Shown here: positions 37,977 to 43,751 of the stretch, piece by piece
Layout: each line of letters opens with the position of its first letter
Numbering within the stretch: the first letter of the stretch is position 1
Assembly: GCA_049586635.1 (NCBI GenBank)
Contig: JBAVCK010000126.1
Coordinates: forward strand, 1 to 49,785
Source: Candidatus Bathyarchaeia archaeon
GTDB taxonomy: Archaea > Thermoproteota > Bathyarchaeia > 40CM-2-53-6
DNA: 49,785 nucleotides
Direction: 5' to 3'
Made by a program: the position numbers and the translations under genes
The notes under the pieces: generated by a model
Databases searched by the model: none
The model's input: only the letters and a program-made list of their open reading frames with translations
What the model was told of the DNA's origin: nothing

Positions 37977-38239
37977 GTGGAGGTGAAACACGACAAATGA
38001 AACTGTTCGTCCAAGCGCCCATCGGCCCCCAGACTGGCCTAGCGGAAATCGATGTAATTCCAGACCATACTGTTGCGGAAATAAAGCAACAGGTCTGCCA
38101 ATCGTTCAACGTTGACCCGAGCACCGTGGCTCTCATGTATGGAGGCGCGATATTAGACGAGGGTACCACCGTTGCAAGATTAGGCATCCCTGAAAATGCT
38201 CAGCTTGCGCTCATGCCATACAACATCATCGGCGGGTAG
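37973..38239 (+). CDS. ubiquitin-like beta-grasp protein ending in Gly-Gly-stop
   Basis: MKLFVQAP...DHTVAEIKQQVCQSFNVDPSTVALMYGGAILDEGTTVARLGIPENAQLALMPYNIIGG-stop follows the ubiquitin pattern (MQIFVK..., L.F.G..L.D..TL). The likely true start is the ATG at 37997 (80 aa), which has GGAGGTGA 10 nt upstream. The GG codons are at 38231-38236. Confidence 0.85.
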   Translation: MSGGETRQMKLFVQAPIGPQTGLAEIDVIPDHTVAEIKQQVCQSFNVDPSTVALMYGGAILDEGTTVARLGIPENAQLALMPYNIIGG

Positions 38240-38250
38240 GCTAGCTAGAT

Positions 38251-38844
38251 TTGGATGTCTCGTTGCTGCTGAAGGAAAAGAGCCTGCTCAACCATCAGTT
38301 CCCTACAGTCACTGCAATCGACGACCCACCCACTCAATTCGAAGGCCTCATTCGCTGCGAGAAAGGGGAAGTCATGAAGCTGTCCGAGAAGGGAGTCTGG
38401 CCCTTCACTGATTACACGAACTGGCACCGCTTCAGACTTGATATTCCCCCAGAATACCCGTTAAAGCCACCAGTGGCTACCTGGCTCACGGAAATCTCCC
38501 ATCCAAACATAGTCCCGAAAATACCGAACGCCGTATGCGTTTCAATACTCGGAGAAAAATGGGACCCTAGGCTGAAACTCGTATCTGTCGTCAACGCGTT
38601 ACATTACCTTCTGACCGATCCAAACCCTCAGAGTGTTTTTGATAACCCCCGGGCGCTCAAAGCAGCAGACGTTTGTCGTTCGTACGGATTTCCCAAGATG
38701 ACGAAAGCTAGGCCAACGAATAAGGAAGCCGACGATATTGTCCGCTTCAACGTAGTCCCTGTTCCCGAATTAGCCAAATCTTCAGGCGCAGATGACATAG
38801 TTAGGTTCGATATCCCTGGACGGGTACGCCGAGCGTCTTCTTGA
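38251..38844 (+). CDS. ubiquitin-conjugating enzyme (UBC-fold E2) with C-terminal repeat tail
   Basis: FRLDIPPEYPLKPPVATWLTEISHPNIVPKIPNAVCVSILGEKWDP carries YP.kPP, an HPN triad (38500-38508), the catalytic Cys (38536-38538) and a downstream W.P. TTG start 11 nt after the Ubl stop. The tail has two ADDIVRF[ND] copies. Confidence 0.85.
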   Translation: MDVSLLLKEKSLLNHQFPTVTAIDDPPTQFEGLIRCEKGEVMKLSEKGVWPFTDYTNWHRFRLDIPPEYPLKPPVATWLTEISHPNIVPKIPNAVCVSILGEKWDPRLKLVSVVNALHYLLTDPNPQSVFDNPRALKAADVCRSYGFPKMTKARPTNKEADDIVRFNVVPVPELAKSSGADDIVRFDIPGRVRRASS

Positions 38845-40085
38845 TGCGCATAAGAGCCTCGCTCCCTTCCTACAAAGAGCTCGAAGTGGAGCTGAACCCA
38901 AACAAGACGGTGAAGGATCTCAAGCAAATAATTTGCAAGAAACTAAGCATTGAACCAGAGCTCACCAATCTGCTGGCAGGCGGCAAACTCCTCCCGGAAC
39001 ATTGCCGACTGTCGAAAATCAAGGGCAAAGTAATCGTTGACTACCTTTGGGCGCGACACTTGCTCGTTTGGGGGCCGGAAGGACAGCGGAGGATAAGGGA
39101 TTCATCGGTGCTACTTGCTGGGGCCGGCGCCATCGGGAACGAGGTAGCCAAAAACCTAGCCATGTTGGGAGTCGGCAAAATCTTCATTGTAGACCGGGAT
39201 ATTGTCGAAATGTCTAATGTTAGCCGCATGGTGCTCTTTCAACAAAACGACCTGGGACGGAATAAGGCCGAGGTTCTGGCAGGAAACCTCCACAGAAAAT
39301 ACCCTTTCGTTCAGACGATTGCCTTCACGGGCGACCTCGAGAAGATGCCTCTGAAGTTCTATTTGGACTCGGACGTAGTTGTTTGCGGGCTCGACAATGT
39401 CGTCTCGCGAATTTTTCTAACCCAGATTTGCAGAAAATACTCCATCCCGTTAGTTGATGGGGGAATCACGGGGCTGAACGGTAGAGTGCATGTCTACCTA
39501 CCGCCCGACGATGCGTGCCCTGTATGTATGTTTCCGCCCAACCAGTACTCTAAGATCGTTGGCTTACGAAACCCATGTGATGCACCGTTGGAGCAGGAGG
39601 CCGTTCCATCCTTTGCAACGACGATTTCACTGGTCTCATCAATACTTGCCCAGGAAACGATCAAGCTGATCCTAGGGATGAAGGAATACCGGGCGAACGC
39701 AAAATGGCCTGGAACCAGCGGTCAACCCCTCAGATCTGTCTTGTTCATGGACTTGAAGAATAATCGGTACACCCCGATGGACTTGAAGCGTGGTGAGAAA
39801 TGCTTCGTGTGCGGAAAGGAAGGGACGACTAGAGAACCTGCCCAACGGGCTGATTTGCCGTTCGAAGTTGCCCATAGTTCGAAGGAGAGTTTGGAAGAAA
39901 CTATCCGCCATCACACCAAAATCAAGGCCGGAACATTGAACGTCCTAACGGAAACTTCTGAGGGTTCAAGACTACTTAACGGGCATTCAAGGCTAGGCAA
40001 GGGTATCGCCCGAGGGGACTATCTCAGAGTTCTCGGCGAAGACAAGAACGGAGAGTTTCACGAATCAATTCTAAGGCTGACATAG
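38841..40085 (+). CDS. E1-like ubiquitin-activating enzyme (ThiF/MoeB/UBA adenylation domain) with N-terminal ubiquitin-like domain
   Basis: LLAGAGAIGNEVAKNLAMLGVGKIFIVDRDIVEMSNVSRMVLF is the E1/ThiF nucleotide-binding signature. The CPVC...CFVC zinc pairs are present. N-terminal residues 2 to about 70 (ELEVELNPNKTVKDLKQIICKKLSIEPELTNLLAGGKLL) align by eye with ubiquitin ([37 protein letters not shown]). The start overlaps the E2 stop. Confidence 0.85.
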   Translation: MMRIRASLPSYKELEVELNPNKTVKDLKQIICKKLSIEPELTNLLAGGKLLPEHCRLSKIKGKVIVDYLWARHLLVWGPEGQRRIRDSSVLLAGAGAIGNEVAKNLAMLGVGKIFIVDRDIVEMSNVSRMVLFQQNDLGRNKAEVLAGNLHRKYPFVQTIAFTGDLEKMPLKFYLDSDVVVCGLDNVVSRIFLTQICRKYSIPLVDGGITGLNGRVHVYLPPDDACPVCMFPPNQYSKIVGLRNPCDAPLEQEAVPSFATTISLVSSILAQETIKLILGMKEYRANAKWPGTSGQPLRSVLFMDLKNNRYTPMDLKRGEKCFVCGKEGTTREPAQRADLPFEVAHSSKESLEETIRHHTKIKAGTLNVLTETSEGSRLLNGHSRLGKGIARGDYLRVLGEDKNGEFHESILRLT

Positions 40086-40208
40086 TGTGAATTTTGTAAT
40101 AACCGTGTCACACTTTTGCACGCGGATCATTCCAACTCCCATGGATTGCCACATTTCACGACGAATTGGGATGGACGAACCCCTTCCGCCCTAAGCAACC
40201 GTTAAGAA

Positions 40209-40643
40209 ATGCTTGATGCCAATGGATGTCGGGATTTCAGCATGTCAATGTGTCCGGCTTGCGGCTCACCCAACTCTGGGGATGCAAAGTACTGTTTCAA
40301 ATGCGGTGCGATGGTTTCCCGTGGACCACCTGTGAAGGTTGAAGTGCGATCGCCCTTAACTCCCTCCATGAAACCAACTCCGGTTGCTCCAATCGCTCCG
40401 TCAACGTACGTTTCGAGACAAGGCCAAAGACAGGGAAGCTGCTACTATCACTCTGAGCTCCCATCATCGTTCATATGTTCAAGATGCGGCAGGTCGATTT
40501 GCGCAGCCTGTAACAGGCAATACGGGGTTCTAAGCCTGTGCACAGAATGTTACTGGGGATTAGCCCCCAAACTAGGCGCTCCACTCGGACAATATGCGGT
40601 TGCGAGTGAGCAGCAGGCCCGTTCCCCGTTTTCGCTCTTTTAG
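40209..40643 (+). CDS. soluble zinc-finger protein: RanBP2/NZF-like zinc ribbon + B-box-2-like cross-brace finger (candidate E3)
   Basis: CPACGSPNSGDAKYCFKCG matches C-x2-C-x3-N-x6-C-x2-C. CYYHSELPSSFICSRCGRSICAACNRQYGVLSLCTECY matches C-x2-H-x8-C-x2-C-x4-C-x2-C-x9-C-x2-C (8 ligands). It is a paralogue of the N-terminal half of 35791-36576. The true start is probably the MSMC Met (about 40242). Confidence 0.75.
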   Translation: MLDANGCRDFSMSMCPACGSPNSGDAKYCFKCGAMVSRGPPVKVEVRSPLTPSMKPTPVAPIAPSTYVSRQGQRQGSCYYHSELPSSFICSRCGRSICAACNRQYGVLSLCTECYWGLAPKLGAPLGQYAVASEQQARSPFSLF

Positions 40644-42292
40644 GTTAGGCGCCCCTGATTCTTCAGCCGCTCCGTTATTTCCTTGAGTTCGCCCACAGGA
40701 ATTCCGAGATCCGATGAAGCCTTGCTTAAGGATATGACACCTTCATGTTTCACGATGTAATCGTATACTTTTTCGTCCGATGAAGCCGCTGGCATTTCCA
40801 ACGGCGCGCCGCACTTTTCACAAAATGCTCCTTTCGGCACAAGATTCCCACACGTACTGCAAGCCTGCGTTGCAGCTACGAGTGTGGGTGAGCCTCCAGG
40901 TGGGTGGAATTTTTGCGCTTCGCGATTGAAAATACCCCGCCTATACGCGAGGACGATTCCAACGCTAAGAATGGTTGCTAGTCCTCCACCTCCTAGAATT
41001 GCGACCAGTGGAAAGTAGTCAAAGCTCCACTGGGCTTCAACAATATATGGCCTGTCGACGGTCAGATTCCATGAATCACCAGTTCTCTGGAGTACCCCCG
41101 TTGGTGGGTCGAGCCGCAAACCGGTGAGAGCGTATGTTATCGGCCAACTTTGTTCGCCTGCTACAACAGTAATCTTCGCGGACGCCCCGCGGTCGTACCA
41201 TCCCGAACCGGAAACTGAACCATGCGAAGAACGGACGTCCACGTAGTACTGTGTATTGTACGACAGGGTGACTGTACGCGGTTGATCCATCACCACCGTG
41301 TACGATGGGGTCGGGAAAGATGATCCGTTGTCAACCCAACCAACGAAACGAAGGCGTTCGACGGAACTCAAATCGAGGGTCAAGGGAGCCGGCCCAAGTT
41401 GAACGTTTGCGTTAGCACTATACCAGCCCGCATCCGATTCATTGTATTTGGTTGAAATGGTAGCGGGATCATACTGAACGGCAAGTAGGTATTGGGCAAG
41501 GAAATTGGCCTTAACTGTATGCGGCCTGTCCATCACTATGTGGCCAGTCAGCGACTGACCCGTGTAATCGCCGCTCCAGTGATCAAACTTCAGCCGCGTA
41601 TTGCCAGTTGCCGTGACAATCGCATTTACTGAGAAAGTAGCCGGACTCCCTGAATCATACCACACAGAACCGGCAAGACTCGAGACGTTGGGTGGGTCCG
41701 ATTCAACCGTCAAGAAAAACTGTGTCTTCCAGTTCGCTATGGCACTTTTTGCTCCGGTCATCAGGATGCTATTCGAACTCGTATCGGTGCCAGAGGCATC
41801 TCCTGACCACCCAGCAAATACTTGCCGCGTCCCCTGGCCTTCGTCAATCTGACGATCTTGAACAGTTGCCTGTGCTGAGGCACCGGAGTTGTACCATCCC
41901 TGGCCGGTCGGAGTACTGTAGGACGACTGTACAGTAAGATAGTACTGCGCCGTGTAGGTGAAAACGTGGTTGCCTGACGCGCTGAAACCCCATGATGCTT
42001 CTTGCTCATAGTATCGGGTGCCGTTTGCACCGATGCTGCTTGGGATGTAGGAGTCTACCGTAATCACATGGCCTATGTTTGAAGTTGCGAAACTGAATGA
42101 GCTTGTCTGGCCACCGACCATCGTCGTATTGAATGACCCGTCGACGTAGACATTTGTGCTAATTGTGGTGGGGAGGCCAGCGATTGTTATTGAAACCGCG
42201 TAAGTTGCCTGCGCACGAGCAGTTGGAATGAAAAGGCCAGCGATGACTATGCAGATGAGCAGCGTCAAAAGTGGCCGCGCTGAGATGGGCAA
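40640..42292 (-). CDS. single-pass membrane protein: extracellular repeated beta-domains, cytoplasmic zinc ribbon + winged-helix domain
   Basis: Has a signal peptide and four or more repeats of Q(Y/F)(Y/F)L.V.S...G.GWY..G(A/S)... (InlB-B-repeat-like). These are followed by a TM helix (VAILGGGGLATILSVGIVLAY), CSTCGNLVPKGAFCEKCG, and then EKVYDYIVKHEGVISLSKASSDLGIPVGELKEITERLKNQGRL (wHTH). Confidence 0.65.
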   Translation of the reverse strand: MPISARPLLTLLICIVIAGLFIPTARAQATYAVSITIAGLPTTISTNVYVDGSFNTTMVGGQTSSFSFATSNIGHVITVDSYIPSSIGANGTRYYEQEASWGFSASGNHVFTYTAQYYLTVQSSYSTPTGQGWYNSGASAQATVQDRQIDEGQGTRQVFAGWSGDASGTDTSSNSILMTGAKSAIANWKTQFFLTVESDPPNVSSLAGSVWYDSGSPATFSVNAIVTATGNTRLKFDHWSGDYTGQSLTGHIVMDRPHTVKANFLAQYLLAVQYDPATISTKYNESDAGWYSANANVQLGPAPLTLDLSSVERLRFVGWVDNGSSFPTPSYTVVMDQPRTVTLSYNTQYYVDVRSSHGSVSGSGWYDRGASAKITVVAGEQSWPITYALTGLRLDPPTGVLQRTGDSWNLTVDRPYIVEAQWSFDYFPLVAILGGGGLATILSVGIVLAYRRGIFNREAQKFHPPGGSPTLVAATQACSTCGNLVPKGAFCEKCGAPLEMPAASSDEKVYDYIVKHEGVISLSKASSDLGIPVGELKEITERLKNQGRLT

Positions 42293-42341
42293 CCCCGGTC
42301 TTCTCGTATCGTAAAATCGAAGCTCGATGCCTTAAGCATTT

Positions 42342-42366
42342 TAGAGCACGCTATAGTGTTGGTTAA
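42342..42366 (-). repeat. copy A (inverted) of the TTTAACCA(A/G)CACTA(T/A)AG motif
   Basis: The reverse complement reads TTTAACCAACACTATAGCGTGCTCT. The core contains the perfect palindrome AACACTATAGTGTT. Confidence 0.5.
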
Positions 42367-42429
42367 ACCGCGAAAAGCCTCTCATTTTGAGTTGATTCAA
42401 TTAAAAATTGAATTCTGTCGCATGGAAGC

Positions 42430-42594
42430 CTAGCTCGTCCTTCGTATTGCGATTTGACCGTTAGATAGTTCTTTGACGATTTCCCAGCCCTTCTCAAGAT
42501 ATGGAACCAAGTCCTTTTCATTGACAAGTAACGCGTTGAAGTCCTTGCCCCCATTCGTCAACGTCTCTGTCGCTTCGTAATCTGTATCCTCCAC
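42430..42594 (-). CDS. small hypothetical protein (GTG start), tentative
   Basis: Hand translation: (M)EDTDYEATETLTNGGKDFNALLVNEKDLVPYLEKGWEIVKELSNGQIAIRRTS-stop. It is more protein-like than the track ORF at 42363-42554 in another frame. Confidence 0.3.
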   Translation of the reverse strand: MEDTDYEATETLTNGGKDFNALLVNEKDLVPYLEKGWEIVKELSNGQIAIRRTS

Positions 42595-42635
42595 GCTTGA
42601 ATTGAATCAGTCAGTTCTTGTGTGTGTGGGTATAG

Positions 42636-42659
42636 TGGTGCGGGCAGCGGAATTTGAAC
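42636..42659 (-). other. orphan tRNA 3'-end-like fragment (T-loop + acceptor 3' strand + ACCA)
   Basis: The minus strand reads GTTCAAATTCCGCTGCCCGCACCA. No matching 5' acceptor strand (GCGGGCA) or T-stem partner is visible nearby. Confidence 0.35.
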
Positions 42660-42775
42660 TCATTTTCTAGACTACCATTAAACGCTAGGTAGACAAGGTT
42701 AGACAGAGTTCAGTACCAGTCTGGTCTAGCTGTCTTACAGCGAACCGTCGAGGGACGACTGATAGGAATTCTGGA

Positions 42776-42799
42776 TTTAACCAGCACTAAAGAGCGGTG
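42776..42799 (+). repeat. copy B of the TTTAACCA(A/G)CACTA(T/A)AG motif
   Basis: TTTAACCAGCACTAAAGAGCGGTG, with an imperfect dyad CAGCACT-AAAG-AGCGGTG. Confidence 0.5.
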
Positions 42800-42837
42800 T
42801 TAATTGATTATACAACCTGTTGAAGCAAAAAATGCGT

Positions 42838-42861
42838 TTTAACCAACACTATAGAGTGGTG
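42838..42861 (+). repeat. copy C of the TTTAACCA(A/G)CACTA(T/A)AG motif
   Basis: TTTAACCAACACTATAGAGTGGTG, starting 62 nt after copy B, in the divergent intergenic region upstream of 42962. Confidence 0.5.
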
Positions 42862-42961
42862 TCAAGTATTTTACATATCAGCGTTAATTGTAAACTCGTT
42901 GGGCCGGTGCGAATAGCACACATTCATGGTGGAGAATTGAGCATCCAGAGGGATTGGAAAG

Positions 42962-43270
42962 ATGGTATCTACCCCATACACTAGAGGCAGGAGCCGCGAA
43001 TACCAGGTCCTACGCTTGTTGAGGGAGGAAGGCTGGTTTTGCAGTAGAAGCGCAGCCTCTCACGGTCCAGTTGATATTTTCGCTGGCCGCGGAGGGCGCA
43101 TGTTGATGGTTCAAGTGAAAAGCGGAGAAGGCAGAGCTACAGACGAAGACCGTAAGACGCTGAAGCTATGGGGAGAGGCTTTCCACGGAACAGTCGAAAT
43201 ATGGAGGTTTAGGAAAGGCAAACCACTTGACCGTGAAACTGTGTATGAGTGCGATGGTCAGAACGCCTAG
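42962..43270 (+). CDS. PD-(D/E)xK nuclease, Holliday-junction-resolvase (Hjc)-like
   Basis: 102 aa. RGRSREYQVLRLLREEGWFCSRSAASHGPVDIFAGRGGRMLMVQVKS follows the Hjc pattern G...E...L...G...R...S.G..D.iA....l.v(E)vK, but with Gln in place of the usual Glu. Confidence 0.5.
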   Translation: MVSTPYTRGRSREYQVLRLLREEGWFCSRSAASHGPVDIFAGRGGRMLMVQVKSGEGRATDEDRKTLKLWGEAFHGTVEIWRFRKGKPLDRETVYECDGQNA

Positions 43271-43614
43271 TGTGTTGCATGCGTCCCAATCTCCTGAAGC
43301 GTCTCTTCGATTGCCTTCTCCGACAGGCCACGTCCGAGTAAACCATCCCTTCTGAAGATTGGCCGGCTGTCTCTGAAGACAATTACCGTCGGGACGACGT
43401 TTATGTCGAAAGTTTCCCAGAGCGGATCCTCATCGTTACTGATGTCAACCTCCGCCCAACGCTCGCCCTTACCGTTCATCGCGGCCTCGAACTCTGGAAG
43501 GAAACTTCTGCAGAAAGGGCACCATTGTGCATAGAATAGTACAGGGATTGTTCCCGTGCGCTTCAACCGTTTGCCGTCGAAATCTGACGAATGCAATTTC
43601 GTTTGATATTCCAT
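43267..43614 (-). CDS. thioredoxin-family protein
   Basis: 115 aa with a WCPFC active site followed by VVPTVIVF (cis-Pro region). Confidence 0.8.
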   Translation of the reverse strand: MEYQTKLHSSDFDGKRLKRTGTIPVLFYAQWCPFCRSFLPEFEAAMNGKGERWAEVDISNDEDPLWETFDINVVPTVIVFRDSRPIFRRDGLLGRGLSEKAIEETLQEIGTHATH

Positions 43615-43751
43615 GAAACAGGCCGGGAACCATTCTCGGCTTTGAACCTATCGTTGAACAATTCGGGCCCTATTTGCCGGGTCGCGATTCTCTGAGAATA
43701 CTAACGCATTTTAGTTACGGTAACAGACCCCTTTCGCGGCGAACTAGCTCG

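Noticed and set aside
42363-42554. 63-aa track ORF (MGARTSTRYLSMKRTWFHILRR...)
   Set aside because: Its basic, low-complexity composition is unconvincing. A different minus-strand frame (42430-42594, GTG start) gives a more protein-like sequence, although that call is also tentative.
42342-42861. Repeated dyad motif as origin-recognition boxes (oriC)
   Set aside because: There is no orc1/cdc6 gene nearby. There is no clear AT-rich unwinding element bracketed by the inverted copies, because a small ORF lies between them. The motif does not resemble the ORB/mini-ORB consensus sequences I know. It is kept only as a generic repeat/operator finding.
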